From Chthoniobacteraceae bacterium (GTDB lineage: Bacteria; Verrucomicrobiota; Verrucomicrobiia; Chthoniobacterales; Chthoniobacteraceae): a stretch of DNA of 32,653 nucleotides. The notes under the pieces are model-generated. The model saw nothing but the letters and a program-made list of their open reading frames with translations. It made no database searches and was not told where the DNA came from. Location: assembly GCA_031409335.1 (NCBI GenBank), contig JANNWY010000251.1:1-32653 (forward strand). Direction: 5' to 3'. Made by a program: the position numbers and the translations under genes. The first letter of the stretch is position 1. Every line of letters begins with the position of its first letter. This document shows positions 8,301 through 15,590 of the stretch, piece after piece.

Positions 8301-9198
8301 AATCCGCCAGCGCCGAATCCACCGTCCCCGTCCCGACGATGTGCCCCGCCGTGATTTCCGTCACGCCGGCATCCAGCTTTTCCCAAAGCCGGTAACACAC
8401 CACCTGAAGCTGCACCGGCTCGATGTAAGGCCCGAGTTCCTTCTTCGCTTCACCGGTTGGCTCCTGCACCACCACCTCGCGTAAATCATCCACCAGCTTC
8501 GTCGTCGCCTCTTCCGTGAAAGTGACGCCGCATTCCTTCGCCGGCCGCTGCACGGCGACGCGCGCACTTTCCACACCCAGCAGATCGAGCCGGAACGTCG
8601 ATTTCAACCGCGTCGGAATCGGCCTCAGAAAAGGATCCAGCGCCGCCACGTATTCCTCGCGCATCGCAAACAGCGCCCACCGATTCAGGTCGCGCAGCGC
8701 CTCGCCGACTTGATTGAAAAAATCCATCTTCTGCTCCCGATGCGTCGGATCGAGCGTCAGGATTTCCTCGAACTGATCGAAAATCAGAAACGTCCCCTCG
8801 TCCCGTCCGCTTGCCGCCTCACGACGATTCAGATACTCCGCAAAAGACAACGTCGCGAGTTCCTCCGGCGCGATCGCCTGCTCCGCCGGCACGCCCTGCT
8901 CCAGCGAGACCAGCGCGCTCATCACGTAAAGATTGCGCGGACGCACTCCGCCACCCGCATCGCGATTCACGCGGATCACCGGCAGCACATGGAATTCCTC
9001 CTTCTCCAACTCCGGAATCAATCCTGCCTGAATCAGCGAAGTCTTCCCCGCGCCCGACGGCGAATACAGCAGCACGATCCGCTCGGCGATCAGCAGATCG
9101 AGCAACTGCCGCGCCTCCCGATCCCGCCCGTAAATGCGCTCGCCATACCGCAGCGACCGCGGGCCGACGTAGGGATTTTGCGACGCGGATTTGCTCAC
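5389..9198 (-). CDS. nSTAND1-type P-loop NTPase + TM helix + WD40 repeat protein (NLR-like)
   Basis: NPYVGPRSL...YGRD.E, Walker A YSPSGAGKTS, Walker B FLIFDQFEE, AMREEY, LELAHD; TM WAFWAACVMAVVMGGFAWLTWYA; more than a dozen repeats of the GH...V..VAFSPDG..LASGS.D..V.LWD type. GTG start overlaps the upstream TGA. Confidence 0.9.
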   Translation of the reverse strand: MSKSASQNPYVGPRSLRYGERIYGRDREARQLLDLLIAERIVLLYSPSGAGKTSLIQAGLIPELEKEEFHVLPVIRVNRDAGGGVRPRNLYVMSALVSLEQGVPAEQAIAPEELATLSFAEYLNRREAASGRDEGTFLIFDQFEEILTLDPTHREQKMDFFNQVGEALRDLNRWALFAMREEYVAALDPFLRPIPTRLKSTFRLDLLGVESARVAVQRPAKECGVTFTEEATTKLVDDLREVVVQEPTGEAKKELGPYIEPVQLQVVCYRLWEKLDAGVTEITAGHIVGTGTVDSALADYYAERVAQIAAASKLPERVLREWFDRRLITEGGIRSQVMVGSENSREVNETAIQKLVDVHLIRGEERRGVTWLELAHDRMVKPIRADNAAWRERNLSVLQHQAAVWNNQGRADALCLRGDARKQAQAWADEHADELTQTERDFLEVCQRNHDARKNKWAFWAACVMAVVMGGFAWLTWYALGQAEMAKNERNLATEQRDKATRERNIANARSIAARAFQMRDERLDVSLLLATQGQLITEENGLGQLPDALGSLLTSAYHNPRLTTYLHGSPSSIGAVAFSHDKKRVVTGDYTGLVLVWDVKTHRIVERLPGLVANAVRTITFSGDDRYMAVSSKDQTIVVRDMGSGELKRLPPEFAHRGDVWAVAFSGKSALLASADSKGQINLWDIATGKIQALPSLNVEIRGVAFDLPGARLFVGCRDGRIVILSRKGDAWPAEPWTFSAKHPKDAGKDQPVSAVRCLAISADGKFLAAGRSSGAVDLYNLMEPGEVFNVAAFGMHDGGVSGLAFSPGTTGIGPDETRLVTSSFDGTLRLWKVPSMETVGPSFTGHVGRVLSVAFSADKQTVISGGADRRAILWDTWFHVAEMGRAEASESSFSIAFSADGTREANGFAGGSVVLKTRDLTKWPASSEQMLTFAEAMKRAEAQVRAEMLPPDAARKRVDDAAKWVPVVTFSRDNRRLAATTPDGGVRIHDLEKSGADGLPTVVGKFALKAEDAARKISTISLSRDGAKLAVGVSAVPAKVFVWDVASGELLFANPLTNPEDDELFALEFTPDGNRLVTGGDGERTVIWSVVKNQKPQMLEFPEDHTGKIRSVAFSPDGKMFATTSGDNTLIIWDTETRMRLSPPLAGHHAPVVIAAFSPDGKLLASGSDDHSVILWDVESKQPAGRLTAHTDSVRALAFSADSRRLYTGSWDGELRKWELHPDALKIVCRERANRNLIDTEWAAYVGDGPLRKTWPGLPDVEVKPAK

Positions 9199-11246
9199 GA
9201 CGTTTTATTCATCTGCCGTTGCAGCTCTTTCAGAAAATCCTCCGCGCGGCCCCAGTAGATGCTGATTTTCGTGTTGGAAAAGTAACGCTCCAAGTATTGC
9301 CGGGCGCGTTTCGGGTCGATGGTGCGGTCTTGCTCGGGGTCGATTTGCACGGCGACGTGGGCGTATTTTCCGAGGAGGGCGCGGCCTTCGCGGCCTTTGA
9401 TGCTGCTGAAGAAAACGCGGAAATCCCAATCGCGAAGCTGGAAGCCGAGGAAGAGCAGCGCCGTGTTCGTGAGCTTCGCGCGGACGCTCGTGGGGATGAT
9501 GTCGTTGTTGCGCGTGACGTCGATGAGGTAGTCGAAGTAGTTGTCCTGCGTGAGCACGATCGACTCGGGGTCGCGCAGGTGGCCGAAGAGGTGATAGACG
9601 AGCGGCGCGTCCTTGGTCGGCTCGAAGCTCGGCTGCTCGGCGGCGGTCTCGTTGCCATCGTCATCGCGGCGTGGGCAGAGCGCGACGGCGGGCGTTTTTT
9701 TTGCGGCGGTGAGCGCGTCGGCGAGGAGGTTGTCGGGATTCGTCGTGAGATACACGGGGAGATCGAGACTCGCGAGGATCGCGTGCGGTTCGTCGGGCTC
9801 CTGTTCGCGCCGGATCGCGCCCGCGGTGGAAATGAGCTGCTGGATGTCGCCACTCGCGACTTCTTCGGAAATCTCGGGATACTGCCGCAGCACACCGGCG
9901 CGGAGTGCGTCGCAAAATTCATCGCGCACGAAGGTCTCCTCGCCCTGATCGACCGCGATGTATTGCGCGACGAGCGGCAGCTCCTCGCACTCGTCTCCCT
10001 CCATCGGGTAGCGATATTTTTTCGCCCACTGCCGCGCGATTTCGCGGAAGGAGCCGACGAGCGATTCCAGCAAACCGGAGCCGAGGATCGGCGTGCAGCG
10101 GCCTTTGCGAATGTTGCTCACCAGCGAAGGCCAGCGATCGAAACCCGGCTGCTCGCCGGTGAATCCCGGCGTGTACCACCAGATGCGCCCGCGTTTCAGC
10201 GACATGAAAAGCACGGGCATCCACCAATCCGGCCGCGTCCGCACCGCGCCGCGCGCCGCCGCCATCGCGCGGTCGATCTGGCCGTCCTCCTGCAGCTCCT
10301 TGAAAAAGACCGGCAAAAACGCGCCCGCGGTTTGCATGGTGACGCTGCCCTGCATGGCGACCACCGCCGGAATCCCCGCCTCCGCGAGCCGCGGCCCGAG
10401 CGCGGCCAGCACGCCGTCATCCCCGCTCGCGCCGGTGCCCGCGCTTTCACAAGAAGCGAGCACGACAAGCCGCGGACGCTGCTTCAGTTCGCTCAACCGC
10501 GTCGCGAGATCGGCCCCCTGCACGATGGCCGCGCCGCCCGCGTCGTCTTCCAAATATAGCAGCGGTTTTCCGTCGATGAACGCGCCGTGGCAAACCAGCA
10601 GCAGGATGTCGTAACCCTCGCGCAGTTTGCCGAGGATGTTATTCAAAGTCGCGGTGCCGCCGCCGCCGAGCACGGTCGTGGGGATCGTGCCGAGCCCGGT
10701 CGTCGCGCGCTGCGTTTCCCCCGCGACATCCACCGGCGCGAGCGCGCGTCCGCCGGGTTTGTAATTGCCGACATTCACTGGACTCGCGATCGCCACCAGC
10801 GCGCGCATCTCGTCTTTCGCGCGCAAATTCACCGGCCGCCAGTCGTCGCGGCTGATGAAGCGCGAGATCAGCATCCGCTCGCGCGTCGCGAGCCATTCGC
10901 CGGAATCCACATCGCACAACGTTTCCCAAACCAGGCTGTGCAAATCCGCCGCGCTTTTATCCACCAAGAGCCGCAGCCGGATCGGCATATCGAGCGACTC
11001 CGCCATCACACAGCCTTTTTCAAAAGCCGACTTGATCTTCGGATCGGCGAACAGCGACTGCGAAAGCAGCCGCCCGTATTCCCTCCGATCGCCGCTCACC
11101 GCGCGCAGCGCATCGAGATCAAACGCCGCGAGCCCGAGCACCGGTGCCACATCGGATTCGCTGTCCGAACGATCGAAACGGAGAGCCACCCGCACCGTGG
11201 CGTCGATTCGCTGGAGACTGATTTCGAGTTCGACAAATTGAGTCAT
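9195..11246 (-). CDS. CHAT (caspase-like) protease fused to a C-terminal SIR2-like (SIR2_2) domain
   Basis: CHAT: IRLRL...LH.L.WE.L, LLLVCHG (His), LVVLASCES (Cys), IPAVVAMQ, DWWMPVLF. SIR2-like: CTPILGSGL, YLTTNPDNLL, LVYHLFG, SIVLTQDNY, LLFLGFQLRDWDF. Confidence 0.85.
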   Translation of the reverse strand: MTQFVELEISLQRIDATVRVALRFDRSDSESDVAPVLGLAAFDLDALRAVSGDRREYGRLLSQSLFADPKIKSAFEKGCVMAESLDMPIRLRLLVDKSAADLHSLVWETLCDVDSGEWLATRERMLISRFISRDDWRPVNLRAKDEMRALVAIASPVNVGNYKPGGRALAPVDVAGETQRATTGLGTIPTTVLGGGGTATLNNILGKLREGYDILLLVCHGAFIDGKPLLYLEDDAGGAAIVQGADLATRLSELKQRPRLVVLASCESAGTGASGDDGVLAALGPRLAEAGIPAVVAMQGSVTMQTAGAFLPVFFKELQEDGQIDRAMAAARGAVRTRPDWWMPVLFMSLKRGRIWWYTPGFTGEQPGFDRWPSLVSNIRKGRCTPILGSGLLESLVGSFREIARQWAKKYRYPMEGDECEELPLVAQYIAVDQGEETFVRDEFCDALRAGVLRQYPEISEEVASGDIQQLISTAGAIRREQEPDEPHAILASLDLPVYLTTNPDNLLADALTAAKKTPAVALCPRRDDDGNETAAEQPSFEPTKDAPLVYHLFGHLRDPESIVLTQDNYFDYLIDVTRNNDIIPTSVRAKLTNTALLFLGFQLRDWDFRVFFSSIKGREGRALLGKYAHVAVQIDPEQDRTIDPKRARQYLERYFSNTKISIYWGRAEDFLKELQRQMNKTS

Positions 11247-11471
11247 CCTAACTGGAAAATTCCTGTTTTTTTCGCCGCGAGACCTTCATGGCGAACGCCC
11301 TTCAGCAAATGGTCTCCGAGCCGCGAAGGCAAGCTCAAGAAACGGCGAAAGGACTCTGCGCCGCGGGAACGCCCTTTTGCCTACTCGGTCAACTTGCCAA
11401 CCGACTCTCCGTTTGCGCGACGATTGCAGTTCGACCAACGCGAGTCTTGAAGACCGGGAAAACGCCCCCCC

Positions 11472-13385
11472 CTATTGCGGCAGGACCGCGCAGTCCGCGG
11501 ATCGGACGAGCGCCGATTCCGAAAGCGTGGACTCGAGCCGGGCGCATTTGAGGGAGCCGCCGTCGATCAGGTGGCAGTCGGGGAGCGGACTGGTGGGGAA
11601 TTCGCTGCCGACCAGCGCCGCGGCGGATTCGCCGAGCACGAGATCCGCGCCGGCGAGCTTGCTGTATTCCTGGAGGCGCCACGCCATGTTCACGGCGTCG
11701 CCGATGACGGTGAATTCCATGCGGCTCGCGGAGCCGATGTCGCCGACGACGACCGGGCCGGAATTGATGCCGATGCCGATCTTCAGAGTCGGCTGGCCGG
11801 CGGTCGCCCATTGCAGATTGAGCCGCGCAAGCGCCTCGCGCATGGCCAGCGCGCAGGCCACGGCATTGCGCGCGTCGCCCGCCGGGCCAGCGCTTTTCAC
11901 GTTTCCCCAGACGGCCATCACGGCGTCGCCGATGAATTTGTCGAGCGTGCCGCCGTGGGCGAAAACGCAATCGACCATCGCGCTGAAGTATTCATTCAAC
12001 TGCGCGACGAGCGCGCGTGAATCGACGCTGGCGGCGAAGCGGGTGAAATTGCGGATGTCGGAAAAGAGCACGGTGACCGGGCGCAATTCGCCGCCGCTCA
12101 CGCGGGCGTAACGATCGCGGTCGTCGAGGATTTCGTTCACGACGTTTCGCGACACGTAGCGTTCGAGCGTGGTGCGGAGTTGTTTCTTTTCCCGGCGCTC
12201 GATCACGATGTCGAGAAAGAGGCCGCTGATGCCGTTGAGATTGAAAGCGATGAGCGGCGCGACGGCTGGCAGGAAGAGGCCCGCCGAATCGTAGATCGCA
12301 AACACGGCGACGAGCCACGCCGCGCAGCCAAGCAGCAGCGCGATGAAACGCGCATACGGCTTTGGCACGAAGCGGCGCAGCAGCGACGGGATGAGCGCGA
12401 AGGCGGCGACGATCGCGGCGTTCGCGGCGGGCGGTGGTTCGTGGATGAAGTCGGGATGCAGCAGGCTGTTGATCGCGTTGAGATGCAGTTCGGGGCCGGG
12501 CATCCTGCCCATCGGCGTGGGATGCTCGTCCTGCTGCCAGTTTCCGTGCGCGCCGATGACGACGATTTTGTCGCGGAAAAATTCGCCGCTGCCGAAATTT
12601 TGCCGCCAGTAGCGCGGCGCGAAAAACATCAAAAGCGAACGCGGCACGAATGTGCCGGGAGGCCCGGCGAAACGGAACCGGTGAAGGTCGTCGCCGGATG
12701 GAATTAGGTCTCGGAGTCCTGCGCGTTCGAGGGCGCGGGCCGCGAGGGAAAACGATTCGTGGCCGACACCGCTGTCATTTGCCCAGCGAAATCTGGCACG
12801 CCGTATCGCACCTGTGGAGTCCCCCGAGTCAGACCAGAAATTGTCGAAACCAACGCGCGAATCGCGGGTCTCAGTATCGGCGATGAGCGTGGGTGTGGGG
12901 CCAACGACGAATGGCAGCACATCGCTGGAGATATTACCGGCGACGACGACGCGGTCGCGGTGGCGGTCGAGCATTTCGCGGAAAAGGTCGTCGTTCGAGG
13001 AGGGCTTCGGGAACGTCATATCGAAGATCACGGCGCGCGCGCCCGCTTTCACCAGACGGTCGAGCACGAGGCCGTGGATTTCGCGCGACCACGGCCACTC
13101 GTGGGCCATCAATTCCAGGGCGCGGCGCGATTCCGGCTCGGAGTCATCGGCTTCGAAAATCAGATCGCGATCGTGCTCCCGATCGAGCGTCGCGGAGGCG
13201 GTGTCCACGGCGAGGAAAACCAGCGACGGATCGCGGATGGCCGGACGCCCGGCGCGCGTGATCGCATCCTGCACGGCCAGTTCGATCCGCATCATCGGCG
13301 CGAAGCCGCTGAACTGGAGCGCGGCCAGGAGCGCGGTGCAGGCGCAGGCGAAAATCAGGTGTGGGAGCGTGCCACGGCGCTTCAT
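11472..13385 (-). CDS. CHASE2-domain class III adenylate/guanylate cyclase
   Basis: N-terminal TM, CHASE2 motifs (WPWSRE.H..VLD.L...GA.AV.FD..F; DKIVVIG; MPG.ELH.NAI..L), three TMs, then VLFSDIRNFT, DKFIGDAVMA and EFTVIGDAVN.A.RL (Lys/Thr suggest adenylyl specificity). Start set at ATG 13385. Confidence 0.93.
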   Translation of the reverse strand: MKRRGTLPHLIFACACTALLAALQFSGFAPMMRIELAVQDAITRAGRPAIRDPSLVFLAVDTASATLDREHDRDLIFEADDSEPESRRALELMAHEWPWSREIHGLVLDRLVKAGARAVIFDMTFPKPSSNDDLFREMLDRHRDRVVVAGNISSDVLPFVVGPTPTLIADTETRDSRVGFDNFWSDSGDSTGAIRRARFRWANDSGVGHESFSLAARALERAGLRDLIPSGDDLHRFRFAGPPGTFVPRSLLMFFAPRYWRQNFGSGEFFRDKIVVIGAHGNWQQDEHPTPMGRMPGPELHLNAINSLLHPDFIHEPPPAANAAIVAAFALIPSLLRRFVPKPYARFIALLLGCAAWLVAVFAIYDSAGLFLPAVAPLIAFNLNGISGLFLDIVIERREKKQLRTTLERYVSRNVVNEILDDRDRYARVSGGELRPVTVLFSDIRNFTRFAASVDSRALVAQLNEYFSAMVDCVFAHGGTLDKFIGDAVMAVWGNVKSAGPAGDARNAVACALAMREALARLNLQWATAGQPTLKIGIGINSGPVVVGDIGSASRMEFTVIGDAVNMAWRLQEYSKLAGADLVLGESAAALVGSEFPTSPLPDCHLIDGGSLKCARLESTLSESALVRSADCAVLPQ

Positions 13386-13453
13386 TGGCGGGATGTTTAG
13401 CCGGAAACATGCCGCCACCCGCGGCGGCACGACCGCTGCTTTTTTAGTTGCGA

Positions 13454-14395
13454 ATGGTCCGATCCAAACTGCTTTGCGCTGCCGCCATCGCGGCTCCCCT
13501 GCTCTGCGCACACGCGCAGTTGGCACCGGTGCAGCGCGAATACGCGCGCCAGTTTCAAAGCCCGCCGGGAACGGTCGATCTGCAAGGCCAGCGCAACGCG
13601 CCGGATGTCTCGCGCTTCGACGGCACTGCGATCGACGACGATGCCTTCGGGCAGCAGGTCTTCTTGAAACGCGAGGAGCGTCCGCGGCCGTTCAGCGCGT
13701 ATGCGGAAATCGGCGCGTTTGTGACGAACAACGTCGCGCTCGCGAAGCGTGATGCGCAGGAGGATGGCTTTCTCGTGGCAACGACGGCGGCGGCATTTGC
13801 ACACCGCGTCACCAACACCATCCGCATCGACGCACGCGCGCAGGCTGCGGCGTATCGCTACAACGAATACCGCGAGCTGGATTTCCAAAGCACGGATCTC
13901 GCCGTGAGCGTGACGTGGACCGCGCCCGTCGCTGGTGGCGTCGATCTGTCGGCGCGTTATGCCTTCACCGATCTCACCACCGCGGAGCGGACGCGGGAGT
14001 TTTACAAGAACCACGCGATCATCGTCGGCGCACAAACGGCGATCCCGATTTCGCGGGCGCAAATGGTGTATTTCGGAGCCAGCGCGCAGTGGAGCATGGC
14101 CGATCCGAAACCAGCGGGCCGCGATGAATACGGCGCCTACGCCGGCTACCGCGCGCAGATCGCGCGGCGGTTCTATGCGGACCTTTACTACCGGTACGGT
14201 CACTACGTTTACCGGGATGGCGCGGGCCGCAGGGATCACAATCACACCGTCTCACTGTCGCTCCACTACAAGGCCGCCGACTGGCTGGGCATGTCCGCGT
14301 CCACGTTTCTCGGCGCAAACCGGTCGAATCGCGCGGCCTTTGAATACGACGTGATGAACGCCGGCGTGGGCATCCAATGCTCGGTGCAATTTTGA
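13454..14395 (+). CDS. Putative outer-membrane beta-barrel protein
   Basis: Signal peptide (KLLCAAAIAAPLLCAHA|Q), Tyr-rich alternating amphipathic strands and a terminal Phe (GVGIQCSVQF*). Confidence 0.75.
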   Translation: MVRSKLLCAAAIAAPLLCAHAQLAPVQREYARQFQSPPGTVDLQGQRNAPDVSRFDGTAIDDDAFGQQVFLKREERPRPFSAYAEIGAFVTNNVALAKRDAQEDGFLVATTAAAFAHRVTNTIRIDARAQAAAYRYNEYRELDFQSTDLAVSVTWTAPVAGGVDLSARYAFTDLTTAERTREFYKNHAIIVGAQTAIPISRAQMVYFGASAQWSMADPKPAGRDEYGAYAGYRAQIARRFYADLYYRYGHYVYRDGAGRRDHNHTVSLSLHYKAADWLGMSASTFLGANRSNRAAFEYDVMNAGVGIQCSVQF

Positions 14396-14537
14396 GCGAG
14401 GAACCGCAATCACCTGCATCGTGACACTTCGTTCGGGGATTCACCTCCGTGGACAACGTGGTGCCGCAACCCAACGGAGCCCTCCCAGACTCCGCCAGTT
14501 AGATTGATCTCGGTGATCCGTTTCGCATTTTGCGAAA

Positions 14538-14855
14538 CTATTCGCCTAACACCCTTCTCCACCTTTTCCCGGAGCGGTTAGGCGTTTCGGTTGTTGGTGA
14601 AAGGCTCGGCATAGCCAAGACGAAAAAGAGCTGCGCCAAACGCCACAAACGCCTCCACGGTCGTAGTGCGTGCTCGCCGACGAGGACGAGCACAAGAAAC
14701 AGCGGAATAAGAAGAGAGACAGAAGTGGTGGTGATACCGCGCCAAGCGAGGAAGCCTGCGAGTGGAGAAAGGATGAACAGCAACCAATAGCTCACCAGGG
14801 CCGCGCGCTCACGACGCGGATGCTTTGGCTGCTGCGGCTGCTGAATTTCGGTCAT
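14538..14855 (-). CDS. Small hypothetical membrane protein (possible gene-cassette ORF)
   Basis: 105 aa with three hydrophobic segments in a lower-GC patch. The C-terminus reads through an attC-like palindrome (TPN...VLGE*). Confidence 0.5.
   Translation of the reverse strand: MTEIQQPQQPKHPRRERAALVSYWLLFILSPLAGFLAWRGITTTSVSLLIPLFLVLVLVGEHALRPWRRLWRLAQLFFVLAMPSLSPTTETPNRSGKRWRRVLGE
14543..14584 (-). other. Shortened attC-like site
   Basis: CGCCTAAC...GTTAGGCG gives RYYYAAC / GTTRRRY core pairs with an inner CTCC/GGAG pair. About 40 bp, shorter than canonical attC. Confidence 0.4.
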
Positions 14856-14886
14856 ACAGGCTTCCGTGGAAGGATGCGCGCAGAAA

Positions 14887-14911
14887 CGCCCGACCCCAAG
14901 CTAAGGCGCTG
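14887..14911 (-). other. Degenerate attC-like right end
   Basis: Minus strand CAGCGCCTTAGCTTGGGGTCGGGCG, related to the copy at 15171-15200 and just upstream of ORF 14538-14855. Confidence 0.35.
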
Positions 14912-14959
14912 TAGCGCATAAGCGGCGGTGAGGTATCAACACTGCCACCGAAATCCCCG

Positions 14960-15145
14960 TCATTTTATGACTTTCTGGAGGATATTGCTAATGAGAAGGG
15001 CCATTGGACCTGCCATGCCAATAGCAACTGCATTGTTGCCCGTTGCTAGCCATATGACCCACCCAATACCGGCTCCTCCGCTCGCGGCCAAAAGTGCGAT
15101 AGCAGCAGAGCGTCCCAATTCTTTGTCGTTTGGTTTTTGTTCCAT
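14960..15145 (-). CDS. Small hypothetical membrane protein (possible gene-cassette ORF)
   Basis: 61 aa, two Gly/Ala-rich hydrophobic segments, ATG start, low GC3, flanked by attC-like remnants. Confidence 0.55.
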   Translation of the reverse strand: MEQKPNDKELGRSAAIALLAASGGAGIGWVIWLATGNNAVAIGMAGPMALLISNILQKVIK

Positions 15146-15170
15146 AGTCTTTGTTCTTTCGATGTTTGGA

Positions 15171-15236
15171 GCCGCCTAGACTCCAGCTAAGAGACTGCGG
15201 AGGGCGGCAGCGCGACGCGCGCTGGCTGCGCGCGGG
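15171..15236 (-). other. Degenerate attC-like right half
   Basis: Minus strand ...CGCAGCCAGCGCGC...CCCTCCGCAGTCTCTTAGCTGGAGTCTAGGCGGC, resembling the ...GTCGCTGAGCTTGGAGTCGTTAGGC end recalled from verrucomicrobial attC-type repeats. Confidence 0.4.
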
Positions 15237-15241
15237 GGGAG

Positions 15242-15359
15242 CAGAAGGTCAGTCTGTGAATGTCGCTCATTTCTTGAAGATCCTTCTTCCCGGAAAACGT
15301 AAGGCGCTAACATCACTGTAGCGACAAGAAAGAAGCGGCATTCACAGACTGACCCTCTG
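15242..15359. mobile_element. MITE-like element with 35-bp terminal inverted repeats
   Basis: CAGAAGGTCAGTCTGTGAATGTCGCTCATTTCTTG (15242-15276) versus the reverse complement of 15325-15359: 31/35 identical, with a 48-bp non-coding interior. Confidence 0.65.
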
Positions 15360-15473
15360 ATCTTCGCCCAGATATCTCTGCCCCACGACGAAGCGCCCGA
15401 TCTGCTCCTGCAAGGGCGCGATCCATTGGTTGTGCTGCGTGACTTGGTCAGTGTTTTCCTGGGTGTTGGACAT
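15342..15473 (-). pseudogene. moxR: 5' fragment of a MoxR-family AAA+ ATPase
   Basis: MSNTQENTDQVTQHNQWIAPLQEQIGRFVVGQRYL resembles a MoxR N-terminus (L..EIGR.IVGQ..L). Similarity stops at about 15368 and the frame terminates inside the MITE. Confidence 0.65.
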
Positions 15474-15590
15474 GGAGCGGGATACGACCGCCAAATCGCG
15501 CGAAAGTTCAACCCGGCAATTTGCGCAAAAAAGGAGCCGCCCACCGCGAGGTGGACGGCTCCCATGGCAAACGCAACGTTGTCGCGACGA

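Noticed and set aside
4003..10559. Long plus-strand ORFs (4003-5280, 5623-8220, 8811-10559)
   Set aside because: Antisense shadows of well-supported minus-strand genes, expected in high-GC DNA; no motifs.
11247..11471. Possible riboswitch/ncRNA upstream of the CHAT-SIR2 operon (GGCAAA...GCGCA on the minus strand; GAACGCCCTT repeated twice)
   Set aside because: Lacks the GNRA-capped stem and spacing of a c-di-GMP-I riboswitch; the 10-bp repeat alone is too weak.
14521..14537. TTTCGCA-TTT-TGCGAAA hairpin as a terminator
   Set aside because: Short, AT-rich stem with no clear U-tract; cannot be called confidently.
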